DNA of 64,000 nt from Zestosphaera sp. Its GTDB lineage: Archaea; Thermoproteota; Thermoprotei_A; Sulfolobales; NBVN01. A model generated the notes under the pieces. The model was not told the DNA's origin, made no database searches, and saw only the letters and a program-made list of their open reading frames with translations. Numbering within the stretch: position 1 is the stretch's first letter; each line of letters starts with the position of its first letter. Made by a program: the position numbers and the translations under genes. The stretch covers positions 69,343 to 133,342 of the forward strand of contig JAWBSH010000003.1 of NCBI GenBank assembly GCA_038843015.1. Reading direction: 5' to 3'. Below, one piece after another: positions 1 through 8,167 of the stretch.

Positions 1-1
1 T

Positions 2-439
2 TATGCATTTGATGGTGCTCATCTGAAGAACTTAATAAAGTCGGCTATACAGCACAGAGGCGCAGCACTCGTAGACGTGTTGCAACCGTGCGTCACGTTC
101 AATAACGTCTATACGGCGGAATTCTACAGAAAAGCAGTATATAAGTTAGAGGAAGTTTCTGGCTGGGATCCTGTCGTTAAGAGCTTAGGTGATGCTGACG
201 CGAAGCTTACTCAAGCCTTAGTAAAGAGTATGGAGTGGGGTGAGAAGATACCTATAGGTATCTTCTACGTGAATCCCCACACGACCACCTTAGAGGAGAG
301 ACTAGCTAGACACTTGCGTAGGTACCCGCAATTAAGTCCAGCTAACTCTAAGATTGAAGAGAATGGTAGGCCAGTAGTAAATCAGGAGATTTTTGAGAGA
401 CTCTTCAAGGACTTCATAATTGACGTAGAGGGTACGTGA
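2..439 (+). CDS. 2-oxoacid:ferredoxin oxidoreductase beta subunit, C-terminal part (5' end lies outside the window)
   Basis: The frame is open from base 2 (YAFDGAHLKNLIKSAIQHRGAALVDVLQPCVTFNN...). The ALVDVLxPCVTFN block is typical of the C-terminal region of TPP-binding KorB/PorB-type beta subunits. The ORF track shows only the part after an internal GTG (77..439). Confidence 0.6.
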   Translation, partial: YAFDGAHLKNLIKSAIQHRGAALVDVLQPCVTFNNVYTAEFYRKAVYKLEEVSGWDPVVKSLGDADAKLTQALVKSMEWGEKIPIGIFYVNPHTTTLEERLARHLRRYPQLSPANSKIEENGRPVVNQEIFERLFKDFIIDVEGT

Positions 440-626
440 TGTTTGAAAAGATGACGCACCTATTACGCTAGAGAAGGTGCTCAACTAAAAAGCAAATAAT
501 TTTAGTTTTATGAGTTTACTGAAAAAGATCGCTGAACTCAGGAAATTCTTGGTTGGTGTTGGGTGTTTACGGGGTTTGGGTTTCATATTGATTGATATCG
601 ACCCTTGGCTTCATTGACCTCAGACC

Positions 627-860
627 TCCTTTCATTGGAGGTCTTATCATTGGTCTCCACTCTTTCAGGGTAACCCCAACTCGTAGCCCCTGCCTAATTC
701 GGGTTCATTACTGTGGGGAAACCCCCACATACTGGCTTTAGGTGCCCACCTACTCGAGTCTTCACTACACACCCACATCGTGAGCGAGCTCAACCCACAA
801 TAAAATAACTTACATCAACCCCTTACAAACCTTCACGAAACCCGAGACAGCTACACGAGG
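627..860 (+). repeat. Copy A of a dispersed intergenic element (partner at 23399..23603)
   Basis: Aligns in direct orientation with 23399..23603. The 70-nt core 700..768 is almost identical to 23473..23542 and contains the hairpin GTGGGG-AAAC-CCCCAC. The copies share the tail CACGAAACCC.A.ACAG..ACACGAGG. No conserved ORF. Confidence 0.7.
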
Positions 861-895
861 CAATGCATGATGCTAGCGAGCGTGCAACGCGTGCT

Positions 896-2140
896 TTAAC
901 GACTGCGTAACACTACATAGACTAAGAAGGTTGTCAGGAAGCCTACGAGTAGACCGTACCACAGACCCTCCATGACGTAGAGGTAGTAAATCACTAGACT
1001 CCCTAGAGCCCATGAAATGAAGGCGCTCACGTTCCAACCTTTAAAGCCTTCACTTAGCTTCATCCTTGACTTGACGTAGTATTCGGTCCACAACACTATG
1101 CCGGCCGGCAACGAGATAGACGTCAACAGAGAAAGCCACTGGAGAGCGAACGTGTGTAGCTTAATGACTGCCAAGATCGATGTGAGCGCTGTCGCGACTA
1201 GGAGAACCTTCCCTCTATCAGTAGTTCTGCCAAGGGATTTGACGCTTAGAGACCAGGAGAGCGAAGCTGAGTAGAGCTGGTTATCGGCTGAAGTCCACGC
1301 GAGAAGGAAGAGTGTTACTACGGCAAGTAAGGAGAGACCAAGTTTTCCGTACGCACTATACAAATCCATGCCTGTGACAGCGGCCGGGATTCCTGAGAGC
1401 AGTATTATGAAACTCCAGAATCCGAGAAAGTTTATGAATGCGGTAAATATTGAGTCTAGAGGTCTCTTGCAGAACCTCTGATAGTCGAAGGAGAGGACTA
1501 TGGAGCCGTTGACGAACGTTCCTAGAACTAGCCCGAAGACTGTAGGCAGGGTTGTCAAGTCAAATACTCCCATATTTGGCGCGCCCCACTTGGTAGTGCT
1601 CAGTATGACTCCAGAAACTATCAATACTACTAGGAGGGGAACACCAACGTAGGCAAGCTTAACCATGTGTTTCACGCCCAGGTATGCCGTAATAGAGAAT
1701 AAGAGGGTCATGAGAACTGCAAGGACATAGTATGTGAGGTCAGGCAATCCTGATATGTAGATCAGCCCCTCAGCAACAACACCGATAGAGAATGCTAGCC
1801 ATCCAACACTTACGATACCGGCCCAGAGAGAAGGCACTATTACTCCTGCCGAGCCATAGACTCTTTCAGCAGTTAACGCGTATGTCAGACCCTCTCTTGA
1901 CGCCATGTAGCCAGAAAGCGATGAGAAAATGCCTAGAACAAAATTTGCTAGTAAAACACCGACTATGAAGGTGGTGAAGGAGAATGAAGCACCCCACCAA
2001 GAAGCTAAGTAAGGAGCTGACGGGTCTAGTGTGAGGCTAGCCCAGAGCATGACTGTCGCAACTAATGATAGCCTGGCAGCCAGAGGCACCGACGTGAAAA
2101 CGTACTCTTTATCTACTTTCCCAGAACTCAGGGACATCAC
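896..2140 (-). CDS. Multi-pass membrane transporter, purine/cytosine permease-like (NCS1-type)
   Basis: 414 aa and almost entirely hydrophobic, with about 12 predicted TM stretches. Length and N-terminal pattern resemble CodB-like permeases. The family assignment is by recollection only. Confidence 0.4.
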   Translation of the reverse strand: MMSLSSGKVDKEYVFTSVPLAARLSLVATVMLWASLTLDPSAPYLASWWGASFSFTTFIVGVLLANFVLGIFSSLSGYMASREGLTYALTAERVYGSAGVIVPSLWAGIVSVGWLAFSIGVVAEGLIYISGLPDLTYYVLAVLMTLLFSITAYLGVKHMVKLAYVGVPLLVVLIVSGVILSTTKWGAPNMGVFDLTTLPTVFGLVLGTFVNGSIVLSFDYQRFCKRPLDSIFTAFINFLGFWSFIILLSGIPAAVTGMDLYSAYGKLGLSLLAVVTLFLLAWTSADNQLYSASLSWSLSVKSLGRTTDRGKVLLVATALTSILAVIKLHTFALQWLSLLTSISLPAGIVLWTEYYVKSRMKLSEGFKGWNVSAFISWALGSLVIYYLYVMEGLWYGLLVGFLTTFLVYVVLRSR

Positions 2141-2173
2141 CTCGTTAAAGACATGCTAATCTATAGTGCCGAG

Positions 2174-2189
2174 TTTATAAATTTAAATT
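2174..2189 (-). promoter_or_regulatory. TATA-like box upstream of the 896..2140 transporter gene
   Basis: The minus strand reads AATTTAAATTTATAAA about 35-50 nt upstream of the ATG at 2140. This is an archaeal TATA-like composition consistent with a short-leader mRNA. Confidence 0.3.
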
Positions 2190-2543
2190 ATCACATGCCA
2201 TGTTTCGCTAGGTAAGAACTAAAGTAATTTTTATAACAAATATGTGAAATAGTAACAACAGCAAGAAAGTCATTCACATCCAAAAGCTATAATTAGGTGA
2301 CTCTCTAGATATTGGTTACTTTAGTAGTGATGTGAGTTGGGGAACCTAGTCTGGAGTTTTGTGTTCTTTCTGCTAGGTTCTGTAAGCTTGTATCATGCTA
2401 ACGTACTTGCTCTTAGGTTTGTGAGGTATGCAGTTAGCTGAATTGCTGATTTTAAGGTGTTTTGAGTGTTTTCGGGGTCGTGAGCAACTATGGCTTCGGA
2501 GGTTTATTTTGTGTTGCTAAATCATATTGGGGGTGGGTAGTGC

Positions 2544-2894
2544 TTGCCTAGATGTATGCGAGGTCCTTGGCGCTGTAGGGGTAGACCTCCTGTGAGGGTT
2601 GAGAGTAGACTTAATTTAGAAGAGGTTTTCTACTTGCCGGTGAAGGTCGTTAAGGGCTTACAACCTGCTGAGTTCGTGGAGGTTTATGACTACGAGGTTG
2701 AAGCTCTTAAGCTTGTTCACTTAGATGAGCTTTCCGTGGACGAGGCTTCTGCGAGAATGGGCGTTTCGAAAGCGACTTTCTGGCGTATACTTGAGTCTTG
2801 CAGAGTAAAGATAGCCACAGCCCTCGTTGAGGGCAAGCCACTAAAATTAGTTTCAAAATCTAGAGAAGGTGCCGGCAGGAGTACTGAAGCGTAA
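2544..2894 (+). CDS. DUF134/UPF0251-type small DNA-binding protein (sigma-70 region 4-like HTH)
   Basis: Basic N-terminus (PRCMRGPWRCRGRPP) followed by EVEALKLVHLDELSVDEASARMGVSKATFWRILESCRVKIATALVEGK. This matches the DUF134 pattern (DE.EA.RL.D.EGL.QEEAA..MGVSR.T..R.L..AR.K.A.AL). Confidence 0.65.
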   Translation: MPRCMRGPWRCRGRPPVRVESRLNLEEVFYLPVKVVKGLQPAEFVEVYDYEVEALKLVHLDELSVDEASARMGVSKATFWRILESCRVKIATALVEGKPLKLVSKSREGAGRSTEA

Positions 2895-2906
2895 AGTTTA
2901 TTAATT

Positions 2907-3146
2907 TTGAAACTAATTCCAAAATCGGTGACAAAAATGTGGTGGGGACTAAACCCGTGTCACGGACCACACCGTTATCTGCACCCCTGGAAGGTACTCA
3001 AGCATTGGTATCCGTGTATTCATGTGTCGCCATGGCTAAGTAAAGAAGATGAGATTAGGTACTTAGAAGAACTGAAGAAATACTTAAGTGACGTAGTGCT
3101 GAAGGAGATAGACCGAAGACTTCATGAACTTAAAGAGAGTTCGTAG
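2907..3146 (+). CDS. Small His/Cys/Trp/Pro-rich protein with C-terminal coiled coil (DUF5320-like partner of DUF134)
   Basis: 79 aa. The C-terminal SKEDEIRYLEELKKYLSDVVLKEIDRRLHELKE helix and the position directly after a DUF134 gene match the usual DUF134-DUF5320 pairing. The N-terminal part is atypical. The real start may be the ATG at 2937. Confidence 0.4.
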   Translation: MKLIPKSVTKMWWGLNPCHGPHRYLHPWKVLKHWYPCIHVSPWLSKEDEIRYLEELKKYLSDVVLKEIDRRLHELKESS

Positions 3147-3219
3147 CTCTCTTAGCTGTAGAAAACTAGAAACGATATACTGTATTTAGTTTTTGTTAGG
3201 CTCTATTAAGCTTTCTAGT

Positions 3220-4071
3220 TTAATGATTTTCTCTTTGAATAGTTAGTGTTGTTATTGCTACTACTATTATCATTGATATACCTAAGTACTGAATTAAGTT
3301 CAGGTATTCACCTAGTATTATTCTTGAGAGAATTAGTGACACTACTGGTTCTAGGGTTGTTATTAGTCCTGCGTGTGTTGGGTTAGTTGTTTTCATTCCT
3401 TCATAAAACAGGATTACTGCGAGACCCATACACACTACGCCGCCATACATGACGTAAGGTAGTGAGTCTATGCTTAGGGCGATCCCTTCAGATAAGCACA
3501 ATATGATCGTTAGCGTTGCTGTTGCTGAGAGTGTTGATTGGACTATTATCTCATTTCTACTTAGTCCTCTCGCATAGAATTTTCTAGGCATGATTAACGT
3601 AGCAGAGTATGTTAGCGCTAGTGCTAGCCCTACCAGAAAGCCTTTCAGCGACGTGATCGCGAGTTCGGGATTGGTAGCTATGTAAGCACCTGCAAAGACT
3701 AATAAAGAGAGAGTTAAGTCTGTGAGTCGCGGGAGTTTCCCGCGAGTCAAGGATTCGACCAAGACAACTATTAGTGGTGCTATGTATATGAGTGCTGAAG
3801 TCAGCCCAACTCCGTTAACAGATATTGAGACGACATAAAGTATCCTGAAAGAAGCTATGACTAGAGAGCCGTAGAGGAACAAGTAAGGGTTTAGACGTCT
3901 TAACCCGTCTCTCAAGAATAGGGCTAGGAAGCATGTGCTAGCCAGCAACATCGAGTACGCTACCTGAAGGTATGTGAGTCCGTAACTCCTTGAGAGAGCG
4001 ACTGATACTCCTGTTGTGCCCCATAAGATAGCTGCTAATGCAATTATCAAAGCACCAAGCTTCACACGCAT
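3220..4071 (-). CDS. EamA/DMT-family transporter
   Basis: 283 aa with about 10 TM segments in two similar halves. The N-terminus ALIIALAAILWGTTGV is typical of EamA domains. Confidence 0.7.
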   Translation of the reverse strand: MRVKLGALIIALAAILWGTTGVSVALSRSYGLTYLQVAYSMLLASTCFLALFLRDGLRRLNPYLFLYGSLVIASFRILYVVSISVNGVGLTSALIYIAPLIVVLVESLTRGKLPRLTDLTLSLLVFAGAYIATNPELAITSLKGFLVGLALALTYSATLIMPRKFYARGLSRNEIIVQSTLSATATLTIILCLSEGIALSIDSLPYVMYGGVVCMGLAVILFYEGMKTTNPTHAGLITTLEPVVSLILSRIILGEYLNLIQYLGISMIIVVAITTLTIQRENH

Positions 4072-4188
4072 CTAGTTAACCAAGAAACCCTTAAAAGAGG
4101 GATTATAAGTTAAGTTGTTCTCTTCTAACTTAATCTCCTCAAGCTAAGTAACTTAGGTCTTTTAAGTTAATTGATGTGAAGTTCTCAT

Positions 4189-4761
4189 TTGGTGTCGTTT
4201 ATGCAGGAATCTGAGAAAACCCTCTTGAGGAGTAGGAATCTATTCTCAATAGTGCTTGGAGTGTTCTGTCTCATCTTGCTGGTAAGCTTGGTAATAGTTT
4301 TAGCTCACTACTCGGTAGTACTAAAGGAGAGAGACTCGCAAATTCAAGCACTAACTAATCAAAATCTACAGCTCCAGCTAAACATAACTAATTATGAGAT
4401 GTTAATTAATTCGCTTAACGACCAGGTTACTAGACTCACAAACGAGGTTAAGTATCTAAATAAGACTGTAGCTGAACTCGAGGCCCCGCAACTACATGAG
4501 GTAGGTTTCGAGTGGGTTCGGCACGAGCCGCCAGTGGGTCAACACTATATGAGTGTGAGGGGATCAATCTTTAACTCGGGAATTCAGGTGGCTAAAAATG
4601 TTCAGATGTATGTGTGGCTCTACAACGAGGAAAACACGTTAATAGGGAGCCAGGTTATTTACTTGGGAGACATACCCGGAAAATCTTACGTGAGCTTCAA
4701 TGTGAACATATACTATAGTGGGAGTTGTGCAAGCTACGCATACAGAATCACGCATGAATGA
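4189..4761 (+). CDS. Membrane-anchored coiled-coil protein with C-terminal FxLYD-like beta domain
   Basis: N-terminal TM helix (LFSIVLGVFCLILLVSLVIVLA), then a Q/N/L-rich heptad region. The C-terminal domain carries VRGSIFNSG...VQMYVWLYNEENTLIG...PGKSYVSFNV, resembling FxLYD-domain proteins. Confidence 0.4.
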   Translation: MVSFMQESEKTLLRSRNLFSIVLGVFCLILLVSLVIVLAHYSVVLKERDSQIQALTNQNLQLQLNITNYEMLINSLNDQVTRLTNEVKYLNKTVAELEAPQLHEVGFEWVRHEPPVGQHYMSVRGSIFNSGIQVAKNVQMYVWLYNEENTLIGSQVIYLGDIPGKSYVSFNVNIYYSGSCASYAYRITHE

Positions 4762-4916
4762 GAGTCTACCAGCATGCTCAACACGATAATGATAAAAGAC
4801 CAGTTCCCTAAAGCCAGAACAAATTTTAGCTAGATACAATTTTAGGGGGATTTGAACAAGAGAGGTGTATTAGTGCCCTAAAGTGGCACATACCACTCAT
4901 CAATGTCTAATCAAAG

Positions 4917-4924
4917 ATTTATTA
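4917..4924 (+). promoter_or_regulatory. TATA-like box for tRNA-Val
   Basis: ATTTATTA is centred about 30 nt upstream of the mature tRNA 5' end at 4951. Confidence 0.3.
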
Positions 4925-4950
4925 GGTTTTGTTTTATGTTTTTGTTGGTT

Positions 4951-5028
4951 GGGCCCGTCGTCTAGCCTGGTTAGGACGCCGCCCTCACGCGGCGGAGGTC
5001 CGGGGTTCGAGTCCCCGCGGGCCCACCA
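4951..5028 (+). tRNA. tRNA-Val (anticodon CAC), 3' CCA encoded
   Basis: A manual cloverleaf fits: acceptor GGGCCCG/CGGGCCC, D stem GUCU/GGAC, anticodon stem CCGCC/GGCGG with loop CUCACGC, T arm CGGGG-UUCGAGU-CCCCG, discriminator A, then CCA. Confidence 0.9.
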
Positions 5029-5029
5029 C

Positions 5030-5410
5030 TAACTAGGTTTTCAGTAAGCATGTAGTCCTGTAATCCCGTGATACGTGTGCTTAACTAGCGGGTCATACAC
5101 GCCTCTGTAGGGATAGTCACTATCCTCAACCCCCTTCATGAAGGGGGATGCGTTACTATCGTTTAGCCGGATCTCGCTAGATTCATAGAATTAGAAGAGG
5201 GGAAGTTAGGACTTGAAGAAGTTACTGAAGCCCGTAAATTGAATGGGGTGGCTGGTTGCTGCCGTGAATCGCGGAGCAGAGGCATAACCCACCCAGAAAA
5301 CTCACAAAACCTGGTGTAGGAGACGGAGGTATGTAGCCTTAAACCGGAATCATCACTCGCTGTTGGGTTGCTTTCTCGATGCACGCGTCATGACGCTAGT
5401 AGTCTGGGGG
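5030..5410. ncRNA. Candidate large structured RNA of unresolved class (RNase P RNA or SRP RNA size range); strand unresolved
   Basis: A 380 nt gap between the tRNA and the next gene, containing only an implausible ORF. Perfect hairpins GGATAG-TCA-CTATCC (5111..5125) and CCCCCTTC/GAAGGGGG (5130..5147). Long-range pairing of ACTAGCG (5084..5090) with CGCTAGT (5394..5400), extended by TCAT/ATGA. GGGTGG (5246..5251) pairs with CCACCC (5289..5294). Confidence 0.4.
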
Positions 5411-5411
5411 G

Positions 5412-5798
5412 CTAGGTCAGGTCTTTTAGACCTAGCCTATCTATCAGGATTATCCCTTTTTTCAGTGCCTCAATCACTAGTGGGTTCTTCCTGGCGAGGA
5501 GTTTACGAAACTCATCAAGCGTTATGATTACTGGCTCTATTAGTGGGTTTTCTTTCATACAATCATGTATCATGTCAAGCCTCTCAGTCGGTTTTTGAGA
5601 GATTTCCTCTCGCGTTATTATGAGAACATCTATGTCACTCCATTCATTGAAGTCTCCTCTCGACACACTGCCGTAAATTAGTACTGCTGAATTACTCAGC
5701 TTACGTATCGTGCACTCAGCGAATACCTGAGCCTTCTTAATGTATAAGTCACGCTTCCTTATTCTCTCCTTAATAACTTCCAAGCATTTTCCACCCAC
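5412..5798 (-). CDS. Minimal nucleotidyltransferase (MNT) domain protein, antitoxin-type partner of HEPN
   Basis: GSVSRGDFNEWSDIDVLII matches the GS-x(9-10)-D-x-D nucleotidyltransferase signature. 128 aa, GTG start, immediately downstream of a HEPN reading frame. Confidence 0.75.
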   Translation of the reverse strand: MGGKCLEVIKERIRKRDLYIKKAQVFAECTIRKLSNSAVLIYGSVSRGDFNEWSDIDVLIITREEISQKPTERLDMIHDCMKENPLIEPVIITLDEFRKLLARKNPLVIEALKKGIILIDRLGLKDLT

Positions 5799-5810
5799 TT
5801 CACTACCTCC

Positions 5811-6101
5811 TCAGCCATAGTAATAGCTTCTAAAGACTCTTGACTCTTTCTCTGAGTACTGCTCCTCAGGAATGCCCTCACTCCAAACATCTGGGTACCT
5901 AGTCGGTATGTAGCACTTATTCAGTCTTATGCAGGACTCCCTGACGTCTTCAGGTACCTCACCCAATACATCGCCTAACTCTGAAAGAAGAGCTGGTAGT
6001 GAGTGACTTACACGCGGATTTCCTAACCCCCATAACAGTGCTTTAAGAGCCTTCTCTGCTGCCTGATGCGCCTTGAAACACGCCCAGCTGTAAATTATTC
6101 T
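5811..6101 (-). pseudogene. HEPN-domain reading frame lacking an N-terminus and any canonical start codon
   Basis: The open frame translates to IIYSWACFKAHQAAEKALKALLWGLGNPRVSHSLPALLSELGDVLGEVPEDVRESCIRLNKCYIPTRYPDVWSEGIPEEQYSEKESRVF..., which is HEPN-like. It is bounded upstream by TAA at 6102..6104, only 4 nt from the hydrogenase alpha stop. There is no ATG/GTG/TTG near its 5' end, and it is absent from the ORF track for that reason. Confidence 0.5.
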
Positions 6102-6108
6102 TTATGAC

Positions 6109-7416
6109 TTAAGTGTGGTCGTGTTTGTTTATGTATTTTATTTTGAGGAAGTGTGTTGCGCACGATATGCATGGATCATAATTTCTTATTGTCTGTTCCG
6201 CTATCCACTGCGCGTCTGTCAAGTTTAGTGTCGCTAGTTTATCACCTAATGTTAAGAGGTCTTGCTCTATGCTTGCTAGGTTTTGTGATGTCGGAGGTAT
6301 TATGTTGGCACTAACTACATATCCTCTCTCGTTTATTTCGTACTTGTGGTAGAGCATGCCTCTAGGGGCTTCCGTTATTGCGGCACCTACACCCTTCCTA
6401 ACTACCCCCTCTACGTAGGGCTGTTGAGGCTCTCTATAATTGCTGATGAGTTCTTCTAGCTCTAAGACCGCGTGATATACTTCGGCTGCTCTAGCTATTA
6501 TTGACTGAAAGCTGTTTAGTAGGGGTGCTCCGTATCCGTGAGACTCTATAACGCTCCGAACCTCAGGGTCTAAGAAGTCATAATTGTTGTTGTATCTCGC
6601 GATAGGTCCTACGACGTAGCAACCTCTCTCCTTAAGTCTATACCTAAGTGATGTCGAGTACTTCGTCTGCTCTACTACGAGGCTATCCTCGAACTCGTCT
6701 TCAGAGATGTTGAGACCCTTACTAGATACTACCCTGCCCTTAAGTACCGGATACTCGCCCTCACCCCTAAGCGACACGAACTCTACATCTCTCTTTAAGT
6801 CGGGCATGGGTAACTCAAGCACCCACTCTAGCAACCGCCTTGCACACTCTCTTACATAGCTAAACTCCTTCAGCAACGGAAGTAACTCCTCCTTCTTAAT
6901 AACCCTGTAAAAACCGCCGACCCTACAAGAAACTGGATGTACGGAGCGACCGCCCACAACCCTGATTACTTGATTGCCCCAACTCTTCAATCTCATGCCC
7001 TTCTTAATTATTTCCGGGTGGTCTCTAGCCATACTAAAAACAGACTCATACCTCAAGAAGTCTGGCGCGTGCAGCATGAGAACGTGGAGCACGTGGCTCT
7101 CAATCCACTCACCAAGATATACTATCCTCCTAAGCTTCTCTATCTCTTCAGGCACCTCAATACCCAATATCTTCTCTAGTGCTCTGCTAGAACTCATTAT
7201 GTAAGCTATAGGGCATATACCGCATATTCTGGCAGTTATGTCGGGGACCTCATAATACTTCCTGCCCCTCAAGAACGCTTCAAAGAATCTCGGAGGTTCA
7301 AAGATACCTACCTCAACCCCAGATACCCTACCATCCTCTAACTCAATGAATAAGCTACCTTCCCCCTCAACCCTAGCTAAGTAGTCTACCTTAATGACCC
7401 TACTCATACTCTTCAA
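6109..7416 (-). CDS. hydA: Cytosolic [NiFe] hydrogenase large (alpha) subunit, sulfhydrogenase/group 3b-like
   Basis: N-terminal RICGICPIAY and C-terminal DPCISCATH are the two NiFe-ligating Cys pairs. It is the last gene of a beta-gamma-delta-alpha operon, as in Pyrococcus sulfhydrogenase. Confidence 0.85.
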   Translation of the reverse strand: MKSMSRVIKVDYLARVEGEGSLFIELEDGRVSGVEVGIFEPPRFFEAFLRGRKYYEVPDITARICGICPIAYIMSSSRALEKILGIEVPEEIEKLRRIVYLGEWIESHVLHVLMLHAPDFLRYESVFSMARDHPEIIKKGMRLKSWGNQVIRVVGGRSVHPVSCRVGGFYRVIKKEELLPLLKEFSYVRECARRLLEWVLELPMPDLKRDVEFVSLRGEGEYPVLKGRVVSSKGLNISEDEFEDSLVVEQTKYSTSLRYRLKERGCYVVGPIARYNNNYDFLDPEVRSVIESHGYGAPLLNSFQSIIARAAEVYHAVLELEELISNYREPQQPYVEGVVRKGVGAAITEAPRGMLYHKYEINERGYVVSANIIPPTSQNLASIEQDLLTLGDKLATLNLTDAQWIAEQTIRNYDPCISCATHFLKIKYINKHDHT

Positions 7417-8167
7417 TCACCTTCCTAAACTCCCTAGACCAATTAGTGAATTGCTTGAAAAGAAGCTGTATTTCTTTAGGCTTGATATTTAACTCCTTAA
7501 AGCGGGTGTTTAAGACCTCCGGTTTAGGATCTACCATAGGACCGTAACACCCATAACAACCCCTGCCATACGAGGGGCACAGAGCGCCACAACCCCCCAT
7601 AGTGACTGGTCCTAAACACGGAACCCCCTTCGCGACCAGAACACAGACATTACCTTTCCTCTTACACTCAACGCATACGGAGTCAACAGGTAGTGTAGGT
7701 GTCTTGCCCTTAGACGACTGCAGAATGAAGGAGAGTAGTTGCTCTTTACTGACTGGACAACCACGTATTTCGTAGTCAACCTTAACATACTTCGAGGGTG
7801 GTTCCGCATACTTGAGTACTTCCACCCATTCAGGCCTTGGGTAAACATACTGCTTATACTCTTCAGCGTTAGCCCAATTACGGAGAGCTTGTATCCCGCC
7901 GGAAGTAGCGCAAGCACCTATAGCTACCAAGACCTTAGACTCTTCCCTAACCTTCTTAATAACCTCAACCTCATGCGGTGTCGAGATAGAGCCTTCCACA
8001 AAAGCCACATCATAAGGACCTGAACTAACAGACCTTCTAGCCTCATAGAACAGAGCAAACTCTACGAAAGAACTTAATTGCAGCAATTCTTCCTCCATAT
8101 TAAGTAACTGCAGTTGACACCCGTCACAGCTAGAGAACTTATATACTGCTACCTTAAGTTTCCTCAT
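7400..8167 (-). CDS. hydD: Hydrogenase small (delta) subunit
   Basis: CDGCQ, GACATSGG and GCPV motifs of the NiFe small subunit/FrhG-like family, plus C-terminal Cys clusters. Overlaps hydA by 17 nt. Confidence 0.8.
   Translation of the reverse strand: MRKLKVAVYKFSSCDGCQLQLLNMEEELLQLSSFVEFALFYEARRSVSSGPYDVAFVEGSISTPHEVEVIKKVREESKVLVAIGACATSGGIQALRNWANAEEYKQYVYPRPEWVEVLKYAEPPSKYVKVDYEIRGCPVSKEQLLSFILQSSKGKTPTLPVDSVCVECKRKGNVCVLVAKGVPCLGPVTMGGCGALCPSYGRGCYGCYGPMVDPKPEVLNTRFKELNIKPKEIQLLFKQFTNWSREFRKVIEEYE

Noticed and set aside
5163-5384. 73-aa minus-strand ORF in the region after tRNA-Val
   Set aside because: The sequence is S/P/R-rich with no motif. It spans predicted G/C helices of the candidate structured RNA and has no plausible promoter or start context.
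5030-5410. Definite assignment as SRP RNA (plus-strand CCUGUAAUCCCG and GGAGCAG motifs) or as RNase P RNA (minus-strand UGACUAUCC..ACAGAGG)
   Set aside because: The motif hints fall on opposite strands. Neither a canonical GAGGAAAGUCC nor a GNAR-capped helix 8 could be found, and too little sequence precedes the UGUAAU-like motif for a normal Alu domain. I kept it only as an unclassified structured-RNA candidate.
6937-8023. Four ORFs of 76-101 aa (6937..7179 +, 6974..7204 +, 7612..7917 -, 7739..8023 +) inside the hydrogenase alpha/delta genes
   Set aside because: They are antisense to, or out of frame with, strongly motif-supported hydrogenase genes. Their products are low-complexity and carry no motifs. 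They are typical shadow ORFs.
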